From Octopus sinensis (lineage: Eukaryota): 64,000 nucleotides of DNA. The position numbers and the translations under genes were made by a program. The DNA lies in contig NC_043022.1 in the NCBI RefSeq assembly GCF_006345805.1, forward strand, positions 9,114,001 through 9,178,000, read 5' to 3'. Positions 1 through 11,822 of this stretch are shown piece by piece. The notes beneath the pieces were generated by a model. It was not told the origin of the DNA. It saw nothing but the letters and a program-made list of their open reading frames with translations, and did not search any database. The number at the start of each line of letters is the position of its first letter. Position 1 is the stretch's first letter.

Positions 1-104
1 ATCTAAACATACAGATCTTGTATACATACATATATACATGTGTATGTATGTATGTATGTATGTATGTATATATATATATATGTATATATATGTATGTATA
101 TATA

Positions 105-1252
105 TGCGCGAACTTGTGCATGCGCGAATGTGTAAGTGCGCATGCGCGTACGTGTAAGTGCGCATGCGCGTACGTGTAAGTGCGCATGCGCGAACGTGTA
201 AGTGCGCATGCGCGAACATGTTCGTGCGCATGCGCGAACGTTTAAGTGCGCATGCGCGAACGTCTAAGTGCGCATGCGCGAACGTGTAAGTGCGCATGCG
301 CTAACGTTTTCATGCGCGTACGTGTAAGTGCGCATGCGCGAACGTGAGCTTGCGCATGCGCGAACGTGTTCGTGCGCATGCGCGAACGTGTTCGTGCGCA
401 TGCGCGACCGTGTATATGCGCATGCGCGAACGTTTAAGTGCGCATGCGAAAACTGTAATTGCGCATGCGCGAACGTGTAAGTGCGCATGCGCTAACGTGT
501 ACGTGCGCATGCGCGAACGTGTACGTGCGCATGCGTGAACGTGTAAGTGCGCATGCGCGAATGTTTCCTTGCGCATGCGCGAACGTGTAAGTGCGCATGC
601 GCGAATGTTTCCATGCGCGTACGTGTAAGTGCGCATGCGCAAACGTGTACGTGCGCATGCGCGAACGTTTGCGTGCGCATGCGCGAACGTTTAAGTGCGC
701 ATGCGCGAACGTTTGCGTGCGCATGTGCGAACGTTTAAGTGCGCATGCGCGAACGTGTAGAGGTGTGTTTAACCCTTTCGATACCAACCCGGCTGAAACC
801 ACCTCTGGCTCTGAGTACAAATGTCTTGTTTTCATAAGTTTTGAATTAAAATCTTCCACTAAAACTTAGTCACAATTTATGTTCCTAACACCAGCTTAAC
901 GATAACTAAGTTATTTTAGGAAATTCTTTGTTATATTGTTATATTTACGTGTGCGTGCGCATGCGCGTACTTGTGCATGCGCATGCGCGAACGTGTATAT
1001 GCGTATGCGCGAACGTGTAAGTGCGCATGCGCGAACGTGTAAGTGCGCATGCGCGACCGTGTAAGTGCGCATGCGCGACCGTGTGGGTGCGCATGCGCGA
1101 ACGTGTGAGTGCGCATGCGCGAACTTGTGCGTGCGGATGCGTGAACGTGTAGGTGCGCATGTGCGAATGTTTGCTAGCGCATGCGCGAATGTTTGCTAGC
1201 GCATGCGTGTACGTGCGCATGCACACGTGTGCGTGCGCATGTGCGTACGTGT
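105..1252. repeat. 22-bp CpG-rich minisatellite (consensus GTGCGCATGCGCGAACGTGTAA) in two blocks, ~105-759 and ~947-1252
   Basis: Units read directly, e.g. catgcgcgtacgtgtaagtgcg repeated from 141; roughly 30 + 13 units by length/22; same orientation in both blocks. Confidence 0.95.
769..946 (+). mobile_element. piggyBac-like MITE end interrupting the minisatellite
   Basis: AT-rich insert starting TTAA-CCCTTTCG (769-780); a reciprocal AAAGGG-TTAA end of a similar element occurs near 12392-12401. No matching right end here. Confidence 0.4.
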
Positions 1253-1566
1253 GCAACGGACACGCACGTAAAAGCACCATCTGTTCGTGTCCGTTGCCAG
1301 CCTCGACTGGCCCCCGTACCGGTGGCACGTAAAAGCACCATCCGTTCGTGGCCGTTTGCCAGCTCCGTCTGGCACCTGTGCGGGTGGCACGTAAAAAGCA
1401 CCCACTACACTCACGGAGTGGTTGGCGTTAGGAAGGGCATCCAGCTGTAGAAACACTGCCAGATCAGACTGGGCCTGATGCGACCTTCCGGCTTCACAGA
1501 CCCCAGTTGAACCGTTCAACCCATGCTAGCATGGAAAGCGGACACTAAATGATGATGATGATGATG

Positions 1567-1568
<2 letters not shown>
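1253..1568 (+). mobile_element. 5'-truncated RTE LINE 3' tail
   Basis: Same 3' UTR as the RTE at 2297-3299, ending catgctagcatggaaagcggac...(gat)n; many further copies, e.g. 10420-10620, 38490-38870, 47580-47855, 48250-48640. Confidence 0.8.
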
Positions 1569-1599
<31 letters not shown>

Positions 1600-2209
1600 T
1601 ATATACATGCATACACATATACATGTTTCTATGTGTGTGTATATATATATAAATATACACATAAAATCATCATCACTTAACATACCTTTTTCCATGCTAG
1701 CATGGGTTGGACTATATACATATGTATGTAGGTATGTACATATGTATATATTCGTTGGGCACAGCTGGTTAACTGGCTGATTGTCATCTAAAATACCCCT
1801 TGAGGAATGCAAGATCAGACAAGTTTTCTTTTGCCATTGGTATTTAAGGTATTGATTAATGAAATATCACCATCAATTTTCCGGAGACTGAAGCATACAG
1901 AGAGGAGAGCAGAAGACAAAAATGATGCATCATTTTCTCATTATTCAGTGAAAATCCTGGAAACCTGAAACCTGAGTAACATCAAGATATCAATCTCTGA
2001 AGGAGGGGCATCACAGGAAGGGACAGAATTTCTAAGTAGGTGATGAACATATACGTATACGAGTATATGTATGCGCATATATCAATATCTATCTATCTAT
2101 ATATATATAAAATGTATGTATGAGCATATATATAAATGTACTATGATAATAATAATATAATTATATATAATAATATAAATAATATACATATATATATAAT
2201 ATAAACATG

Positions 2210-2265
<56 letters not shown>

Positions 2266-2268
2266 CAT

Positions 2269-2296
<28 letters not shown>

Positions 2297-2299
<3 letters not shown>

Positions 2300-3299
2300 G
2301 AAATAGTTGATAGCTTCCGTTACCTAGGTGACCAAGTCAGAAGCGGGGGAGGGTGTGCTGAAAGTGTAGCTGCTAGAGTAAGAATAGCCTGGGCAAAGTT
2401 CAGAGAGCTCTTACCTCTGTTGGTGACTAAAGGCCTCTCGCTCAGAGTAAAAGGCAGACTGCATGACGCATGTGTACGTACAGCCATGCTACATGGCAGT
2501 GAAACATGGGCTGTGACTGCTGAGGATATGCGTAAGCTCGCAAGAAATGAAGCCAGTATGCTCCAATGGATGTGTAATGTCAGTGTTCATACTCGACAGA
2601 GTGTAAGTGCCTTGAGAGAAAAGTTGGACCTAAGAAGCATCAGATGTGGTGTGCAAGAGAGACGTCTACGCTGGTATGGACACGTGGTAAGAATGGATGA
2701 AGATAGTTGTGTGAAAAACTGCCACACCCTGGCGGTTGAGGTAACCTGTGGAAGAGGTAGACACAGGAAAACCTGGGATAAGGTGGTGAATCACGACCTT
2801 CGAACTTTAGGTCTCACCAAGGAAATGACTAAAGACCGAGATCTATGGAAGTATGCTGTGCGTGAGATGACCCGGCAGAACTAGTGAGACCATAACCTGT
2901 AGCCTCTACCTGGGATGTAGCTGGTCCACTTATGCATACCTTTCCTTCTTGGGACACAAAACTCTACTTGTGAAGACCTGTTGAGGCAAGTGAGAATCAG
3001 AATCGAAATCGAAATCGATCAACATCAATGGAAATTGTAGCTGTGATACCAGTGCCGGTGGTACGTAAAAAGCACCATCCGATCGTGGCCGTTTGCCAGC
3101 CTCGTCTGGTACCTGTGTCGGCGGCATGTAAAAAGCACCCACTACACTCATGGAGTGGTTGGCGTTAGGAAGGGCATCCAGCCGTAAAAACATTGCCAGA
3201 TCAGACAGGGCCTGGCGCAGCCTTCTGGCTTCCGAGACCCCAGTTGAACCGTCCAACCCATGCTAGCATGGAAAGTGGACGCTAAACGATGATGATGAT
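2297..3299 (+). mobile_element. RTE-clade LINE, 5'-truncated: RT C-terminus (2297-2884) plus 3' UTR and (GAT)n tail
   Basis: ORF reads VDSFRYLG...AMLHGSETW...RRLRWYGHVVRM...RGRHRKTW, typical of the RTE RT thumb/C-terminus; the ORF N-terminus in the track is (TA/CA)n. Confidence 0.92.
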
Positions 3300-4844
3300 A
3301 TAATTATATATATATATACATACCCATATATATATATATATATACACATACCCATATATATATATACATACATACACACACATATATATATAAACACACA
3401 TACATATATATATATATACACACACATATATATATACACTCATATATATATACACTCATATATATATACACACACATATATATACACACATATATATACG
3501 CACACATATATATATATATACACACACACACATATATATATATACCCCCACACATATATAACCACCGCACATACTCAAGCACATGCGCATGCACGCAATA
3601 AAATGAACACAACCTGACACACGTCTACACGTTCACACACACGCACACAACCTGACACACGTCTACACGTTCTCACACGCACATACATACGCACATAATA
3701 GACGCACACACACATACCAGCACAGATGCCAACATATACCTCCAACAAACAATACTCATACAGATATACAGACATGGGCACAAATACACACGCACATAAG
3801 CATACACGCACGCACATTACGCCTACACAACCCCCCCACACACACACAAATTCACATACATACACACAATATATGCTTACACGTGCATACACATATAGAC
3901 ACAGACACACACACACCCAACACTCACGTATACACACCCACATACGCTTACACACACACATACACACATCTACACGCACGCATATACATACACACACAAA
4001 TGAACCCACACATACATCCCATACACGCAGCACACAATTATACATACATGTGTACACACATACGCACGTACAAGCACACATACACACACGAACACACATA
4101 CACACACTACAAACAAAACACAAACACAATACATATACGCACACACACACATACTTCAAACTAGCAGTACCTCTCACATGGGTAGACACAAGAGCCACCC
4201 CTAATTCCTTCTTCCTTGACCTTAAACAATACTAAGCCCTACAACACACATAGATTTACAGCCACAACCACACACACACGTGTTATCATTATACACACAC
4301 ACGTAGACCTTCGCGCACGCACATATCCACCCTTACACACACATACCTCCTCTTGCACTCTCCTGTTTTTGAAAGAACTTTTTTCACCCATTTCCTTCCG
4401 GTCATTCAAAATTGTGCCCGCGTGTTTACCATTGACGATTATTTTTCCTCCGTCTTCCCTTCTCTGGATCTTTTCTTCTCCTATGTTTCCGACGTAAAAC
4501 CCTCCTTCTTCTCTTCCTTCCTGAGCGTCCAATAATACTATATTTGTTCCACGTCCTCGCGTTGTTGTGTTTTCATGTTTGGATTAACTTTATATACCGC
4601 ACGCTCACACGGACCCCGGCCTTCCGACTGCCTTGAATAACCAATTCCTGGATTTTTACACCTACGGATTACTGTTACCATTCATCCGGAGTACGCCACT
4701 GTAATCGTGATTGGAAATCAAAAAAGTTTGTCCGCGACTCCCCCACTTTTTCCTCGTCCTCTTTTTACCTTTCTTCTTCTACTTCCACTTTTCCACTTGT
4801 GTCGTCACCACTTACACCTACACAGACATTCACTACTTCTCAAC

Positions 4845-6516
4845 ATGTCTGACTTACACTCGTTCCAACAACACCTTCAATCCCTTCTTTGCCGTTTTCT
4901 TGCTTTTTGCCCCCCTCAATGCTTGCAACCCGCAAAAAAACTTTCTCAATTAGTTTTTAAAAAAACTCGCCACTCTAGTCATCTCTCCTTTCTTAGCCGT
5001 TGCCTCCACCATCACGTCATACTTCCGCTTGAAGTTCCACGCCACCCCCTATTCCTCCCCTCTCATCGAACCCACCCTCGCCCGCACCTCCCGCCTCCTC
5101 ATCCGTGCCACTATCCGTTCCACCTGCTCTCTCCTTTACTCTCTTGACCACCAACTTCCCCAGGCTTACCTCCTCCTCTCCTCCCTCTGCCCTCCACTCT
5201 TCACCCAACCCATTCTCCGCTTCATTCTTAATCTCAACCACCAACTCCACAATTTCCTCACACACACAAAAAACAAAAAACTCTACCACCTCCTTAACCC
5301 TTCACCTCCCACATCCCCTACACCCTCCCCTCAAGCTCCCCCGACCCCCTCCAATCCCGCACCCAACCATTCAAACCCTCCTCCCCACACCTCTGCACCC
5401 CTTCTTCCTGACCCCACTCATCCCACCACCCTGCTCCCTCGCACTGTTGTCACTATACCCCCAATCTCCCCCTCTCCGCTGCCGAGCGCTCTCTCCTCAG
5501 TAGGGGACTCCGCCACTGCGACGAATTTGAGACCCGCGCCGACGTCAACCAGTTCCTGCACCGCATCAAACTTGGCACCTTTTTCCACACGTCCACACAA
5601 CGTCACAACAATCAGGATTGCTTTTCGGAGCTAGGGCGCCACCCATCCAACTGGACGCCACCTCCAGGCCAATTCAGTAGCCTAGATTTGTTCGTGCAAT
5701 GCGTTGGTCAACCGATTCGATTTCAAAAAAAGATCTCTCCGAGTCAACCTCACTCGTGCTGAATCGATTGCCCTTCGCAACCTTCATCGCCGCAATGACA
5801 TTGTCATCAAACCGGCAGATAAAGGCGGAGCAGTGGTGGTGTGGCGCGCGGACCTATACAGGGAGGAAGCGCTCAGCCAGCTTCAAAATCCCCTCTTCTA
5901 TCGCCTCCTACCAACAGCGAGTGTCCTCCACCATCCACGACCTCATCTCCTCTTCTGCTCTCCCCCCCCCACCGCCACCAACCTCATCGTCCGTACACCC
6001 CAGACCTCCACCATCTATTTCCTTCCCAAAATCGTTTCTGCCTGTAATTGTCCCACCAAACTCATTTCCCTATACCTTGACCGCATCCTGTCCCCTTTAG
6101 TTGCTGCCCTCCCATCCCATATACATGACACTAACCACGCCCTTCGTCTCTTCAATTCCTTTTCCTTCCCTCCCAGCCCCTCACACCTCCTCTTCACCTT
6201 AGACATCAAATCCCTTTACACTGTGATTCCCCACAACGACGGTCTCTTAGACCTCCAATACTTCCTCGACCGTCGCCCTGACCCCACACCCAGCACCCCC
6301 ACCCTTCTCCGCCTGGCAGAGCTCGTCCTCACCCTCAACTAAGGGATGTTCGGCGAGGTTCCAACTCTGGCCAACCATTCCCCCGGTGACATCTCTGTGT
6401 TTGGTCTAGCCCCACACAACGGACCCCCACAATCCAGGCTTCACCTGGAACAACGATTTATATTTAATTTACGGACTCATATCCCGCACGGACTTAACAC
6501 AGCCCCCTCCTCTTAG
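4845..6516 (+). pseudogene. Frameshifted, deleted PLE RT-endonuclease ORF
   Basis: ATG at 4845 (MSDLHSFQ...HLSFLSRCLHHHVI); several frameshifts; RT stops at LAELVLTLN (~6340) and joins to HSPGDISVFGL...RLHLEQRFIFNLRTHIPHGLNTAPSS* (TAG 6514-6516). RT QxxGxxMG/YxDD and the GIY-YIG catalytic motifs are absent. Confidence 0.85.
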
Positions 6517-7650
6517 TGACTGCTTCTACACCCGCCGCAACAAGTAAATTTATTCTTATTATTTCTTCTTTCTTCTCTTTTTTTCATTTTCTTTCCTTAC
6601 GTGCAATTACATCTTTTTTATTGTTTTATAATTTTTTTGTTTTTTTATTGATTATAATTTTATTATTTTTATACACGAACACATACTCACGTACCCACGA
6701 ACACACACATACATATATACTTCCACACACATACACACACGCATACATACACATATACGCACACCCACATACACCCACACACAGGAATGCACAGAAACCT
6801 ATCCCACCCAACTCCACGCACACACAGACACATACCTTTAGATACACACAACCACATACATGCACATACTCAAGCACACGCGCATACACACAACCTGACA
6901 CATGTCTCCACGTTCTCACACACATTTACACACGCACACACATACGTATGCACATGATACACACACATACACACACACCAGCACAGATGCCCACATATAC
7001 CTCCAACAAACAATACTCATACAGATACGCACACAATTATACACACATACACGCACACACATTTTGCCTACACAACTCCACCCCCCCCACACACACACAC
7101 ACGCATACATAAATTCACATACACACACACGATATATACCTACACGCGCACAAACATACGTATACACATATAGACACAGACTCACACACACGCACACGAA
7201 TACACGCACCCAACACTTACAACCCCACGGATACACGTATATACACCCACATACGCTTACACACATACATACATGCGCATACGACATGCACGCACGCACA
7301 TACATACACACACACACAAATGAACCCACACATACATCCCATACACACAGCACACAATTATACATACACACAAAATTATACATACATGTATACACACATA
7401 TGCACGTACAAGCACACACAAACTCTACGCACACAAACACACACACGTGTTATCATTGCACACATACACACACACCTTCGCGCATGCACATATCCACCCT
7501 TACACACACATACCTCCTCTTGCACTCTCCTGTCTTTGAAAGAACTTTTTTCACCCATTTCCTTCCGGTCATTCAAAATGTGACCGCGTGTGTACCGTTG
7601 GCGATTTTTTGTCTTCCGTCTTCCCTTCTCTGGATCTTTCCTTCTCCTAT

Positions 7651-7685
7651 GTTTCTGACGAAGAGCTCTGCTCGAAACGTTAAAC
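7651..7685 (+). ncRNA. Minimal type I hammerhead ribozyme in the PLE pseudo-LTR
   Basis: gttt-CTGACGA-a-GAGC tct GCTC-GAAA-CGT-T-aaac: intact core, 4-bp stem II, palindromic stem III (ACGT), 4-bp stem I; predicted cleavage after 7681 (GUU). Confidence 0.7.
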
Positions 7686-8084
7686 CCTCCTTCTTCTCTT
7701 CCTACTTGAGCGTCCAATAATACTATATTTGTTCCACGTCCTCGCGTTGTTGTGTTTTCATGTTTGGATTAACTATATATATAAATATATACACACATAC
7801 GATAAACTTATATCCGATGAAGTATACAGATATATACGTATATACACTCAATCACATATACATAAATATACATGTATACATATATATTGATATATTCTTA
7901 CACAAAGCCACAGCTACATATATACAGTCCTACCTAATATATATACACATACATTTATACATCAATATACACAAACACATACATATCCATATATTTATAT
8001 ACATTTATGTCTACAATTGAAAAAATAAACTAATTATAAGTTAAATAATTATAAATACACAACACGTTCATTAAATAAATAAAC

Positions 8085-8760
8085 GAGAACCTATCAAACT
8101 AATGTAATCACTAACCAATCATTAAAATAGATTTAAGTATCTCATACTTTGTATAAGTAGTATTACTGGCCTTATGGCCCAGGGGATAAGGGTGGTTGGT
8201 GACAAACAAGACAGTGGGGTAGATGGAGGGTTCAGGTAGAGTTTAATTTAATTTTTTTCTGTAAATGGAGAAAGGGGGGAAAAAAAAACCTTTACAAAGA
8301 GCCTCAGGCCAAGATTGAACCTTTGTTAAAGAGGTTCAGGTGTTGCTGTATCCATGTCTTTACCCACAAAACCATTGAGACACCAGCATTTGAAAATAAT
8401 ATATTTAAACCTATCAAACTAATATAATTACTAACCAATCAAGGCAGTAGAGTAGATGGATAGAGGGTTCAGTCTCAGGTAGGGACTGTGATATGATTTT
8501 ATTTTTGTTTTTCTGTAAATGGAAAAGGGAGGGGAAAAAAAAACCATTGACTACTTTTACAAAGATTGAACCTTTGTTAAAGAGGCTCATGTGTTGTGGT
8601 GTCCATGACTATACCCACAAGACCATTGAGACAACAGCAATTACTAGTGTGAAAATGATGTATTTAAACCTATCAAAAGAAAAAAAAAACAATCACTATG
8701 GGCCAAGAGGTACATGAGTTGATATGTCTCTACCCACAGGACTATTAAGACAATACAAGC
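8085..8760. repeat. Degenerate ~260-320 bp tandem repeat, about 2.5 copies
   Basis: aacctatcaaa recurs at ~8088, ~8408 and ~8667; aagattgaacctttgttaaagagg...acccacaa..ccattgagac occurs twice. Confidence 0.7.
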
Positions 8761-8845
8761 ACCAACAATTTGACCTCTTTGAAAGTCCAACAGATGTCAT
8801 TTTAATTACCTTTTTCTGATGATATCTGAAAAGAAACATTTATAA

Positions 8846-8893
<48 letters not shown>

Positions 8894-8914
8894 TTTTTTT
8901 TTTTTTTTAAATAT

Positions 8915-9545
8915 AATATATAATATAATGAAATTATTGTATACAGTGCTCAGGTGCACCACAACTTGTCAGAAAGTGCATATAAAGTACATGCAGTAAT
9001 GTAGAAATGTCTGGAAAGTGAACATGCTTGTGTGTGTATGGAGGGGAGAAAATCAAGTGTAGTGTTGGCGAATCTCAGGAAGCATGGAAGTCTTGAAGGA
9101 TGCAGTGCTCCGACAACTAACAACTGATGCCGGCAGTTTGTTCCATGCTTCAGCAACTCTCAGCGTGAAAAAATGTTTCCTGAAGTCATGGGAGCTGTGC
9201 TGTTTTCTTACTTTGTAAATATGTCCACGGGTGTTAGATGGGTGGAGTTTGAAGAGGTGCTCAGTGTTATTGTTTGTGCGATGGTTGATAATTTTATGGG
9301 TGTCTGCCAGGTCAGCTGCCAGACGTCGGAGTTTCAATGTGTCCATGCCCAGGAAAGTAAGGCGTTCAGGATATGGCAAATGCCTGATGGAGGGTATTCT
9401 TTTGGTTGCACGTCGCTGAACAGCTTCCAGACGATTGATGTCCTGGGCAAGATAGGGGTTCCAGACCGGTGATGCAAATTCCAGGTGAGGTCTTATCATA
9501 GCTATATAAAGCCGCAGATAGATAGCCGGAGAGCTATATATATAA
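8915..9545 (-). mobile_element. CR1-clade LINE 3' end
   Basis: ORF 9053-9499: RPHLEFASPVWNP...LEAVQRRATK...ERL...RRLAADL...FFTLRVAEAWNKLP; (ATT)n-like tail near 8915-8940; second copy at ~50440-50845. Confidence 0.92.
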
Positions 9546-10217
9546 CTATCAAAAAGTATTAAAAAGTTTAATATAAGATAAAAAGTAAAACCACTATGTA
9601 CGTTTCATGCCCATAACCTAATTTGAATTACATGTATGTATATGTATGTATGTATATATATATGAATATGTATAATGTCTGCACTGATATACACATTTGT
9701 GTGTACATATATATATATGTCTATACATATATGTGTATACATACATGTCTGTGTGTGTGTGTATATATATATGTGAGTGTGTGTGTGTGAATAATATACA
9801 TATATAAATACCTACATACATCATCATCCTCTTCCTCTTTTTATGCTTACATGGGTCGGAGGGGTTGTCACAATTCAAACTTTTATTTATCACAAGCTAC
9901 TGCTCCTAAATATTGGATCTCAAATAGACACAAACTCACACGCATACTTATGTTAGTGTGTGTCTCATCTATTTTATTTTACAGCCGGAAACCCTTCCTT
10001 TCACCCTTACAGCATGCAACAAGTGCATTTTATGTCACTTTACCTAAAGAATTTGTCTGTCAGAATTACTGTCCCTTACAACTTTTTATTCAGAGTCACT
10101 TCCTATACAGTGTGGCGTCAACATCTTGTTTTATTGTTACCTGTACCATTCCTGCATTCCCCGTCACTAACCAGCATGGACTCAGCCACGTTGAAAAACC
10201 ATGCTTTCAACAATATA

Positions 10218-10420
10218 TATAGTTGAAATTGACAGAAAAACAAAAGACGAAGACAGGTGTATAAGCAACAAGCAGATGCATTAGTTTGATGCTCGGGAAG
10301 GTGAGAAAGTCTTTTACATTTCGAGTCTATGCCCTTCAACGGAAAAGAACACGAGGAAATAAATAGAGAGAGAATTTTTTTTTAAATGTTGAGTTAGAGG
10401 TCAATCACAGCGATATATCA
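10218..10420 (-). mobile_element. PLE pseudo-LTR 3' end with a decayed hammerhead-like motif (10311-10347)
   Basis: Minus strand reads CCGTTGA-a-GGGC atag ACTC-GAAA-TGT-A-aaag, then gagcatcaaactaat...aactatatatat, resembling the 7681-7775 tail. Confidence 0.55.
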
Positions 10421-10825
10421 TCATCATCATCATCATCATCATTTAACGCCCGTTTTCCATGCTAGCATGGGTTGGACGGTTCGATTGGGGTCTGGTAAGC
10501 CAGGAGGCTGCACCAGGCTCCAGTCTGATTTGGCAGTGTTTCTACAGCTGAACACCCTTCCTAACGCCAACCACTCCGTGAGTGTAGTGGATGCTTTTTA
10601 CATGTCACCAACATGGATGCCAATCAGGCGGTGCTATATATATGTATATATATATGTAATAACAAAATAATATATAAAACATGCATATATACATACATAT
10701 ATATACATACCTACATATATATATATGAATAATTTCCACACAAGAACACGGGGTTTCTGACGTGAATTTGCTACCCAGGTATCGATTAACCAAATTATCC
10801 ATACTAGGATAATTCATTCACCTAC

Positions 10826-10858
<33 letters not shown>

Positions 10859-10934
10859 ATATATATATATGCCTGTCAGTCTATCTACCTATGTATATTT
10901 TCTACCTCCACCTTCTTTTTCTATGTCTTTTCAG

Positions 10935-11044
10935 GTAGTCCTAACTCGTACTGTGACACAAACCAAACAGCTATGGTAGATCCTCTCATGAATAACCAGT
11001 CATGTCTAGCAATACCTACTGATAGGAACAATATGAACCACCAG
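10935..11044 (+). CDS. FoxJ2/3: Penultimate coding exon of a FoxJ2/3-like gene: (G)SPNSYCDTNQTAMVDPLMNNQSCLAIPTDRNNMNHQ
   Basis: Acceptor cttctttttctatgtcttttcag|G and donor CAG|gtaagg; 110 nt, phase 1 to phase 0, matching the next exon. Identity rests on the terminal exon only. Confidence 0.7.
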
Positions 11045-11598
11045 GTAAGGGCTTTTTCTTTTTTACAAAATAATAAAAAAATAAAGATTGAATTTATAAC
11101 TTTTATTTTCAACTTGTTTCATTCATTGGACTGTGGCCATGCTGGGGCAGTTCTTCAAGAATTTACCTCAGACTTATTTGTCTTTAGTGTTTTAAGCCTG
11201 GTATTTATTCTGTCTGCCTCTTTTGCTGAACTGTACATTACGGGGATGTAAACATATGAACACTGATTGTTAAGTGCAGTGGAGAACTCACACACACACT
11301 CTCTTGCATATGCACTCACACACTCACATACACACCTACTTGCACACACTCGCACATACACATACACTTGTGCGCACTCACTCACACACAAACACCTACT
11401 CAGACACACTCATACACCACACACACACTCATACTCACATGCACATACCACCCCATACACACATACATACTCATACAAACTCACATACACACACACCTAC
11501 TCAAACACTCACACACACTCACTCACTCACACACATACTCACTCATGCTCTTTCACACACACACACACACTCTTTCTCTCTCACAGACACACACACTA

Positions 11599-11822
11599 TA
11601 TGAGGGGCTACTGAAAAGTTCTTGGCTTTGAGGGTTCCACGAAAAGCCTGGTTGGAGGCCCAACCTTCCAAGTTCTTTTACAAGACTTAGAAAAACTGGA
11701 GGACCGCTGCAATAAGTGTGTGAATCTAAGAGGGGAATATGTTGAATAAAATAATAATTCACTGATCCTCCTCTAACTCCTTCTACCCAACACCAAGGAA
11801 CATTTCATCACCCCACCCCTTA
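11599..11822 (+). mobile_element. Internally deleted mariner derivative
   Basis: TA-TGAGGGGCTACTGAAAAGT left end, degenerate right end, and transposase C-terminus KLEDRCNKCVNLRGEYVE*; a related end lies at ~46385-46462. Confidence 0.7.

Larger units (their letters stand above)
3567..7775 (+). mobile_element. Penelope-like element, internally deleted, flanked by ~1-kb direct pseudo-LTRs (~3567-4595 and ~6862-7775)
   Basis: Repeats align from gcacatactcaagcac to gtttggattaact(t/a)tatat. They enclose a PLE-type RT (IVIKPADKGGAVVVW, IYFLPKI, LFTLDIKSLYTVIPH) and a GIY-YIG C-terminal tail. Confidence 0.9.

Noticed and set aside
3-1401. Many overlapping ORFs rich in HAH/RMR/CAC
   Set aside because: Translations of the stop-free 22-bp minisatellite.
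3304-4235. Long V/C/Y- and H/T-rich ORFs (also 6516-7720, 21794-22486, 62011-62607)
   Set aside because: Dinucleotide microsatellite translations.
9990-10226. Two open plus-strand frames after cccttacag, and a possible minus-strand exon
   Set aside because: No convincing donor or recognisable homology; cannot be tied to the FoxJ2/3-like exons.
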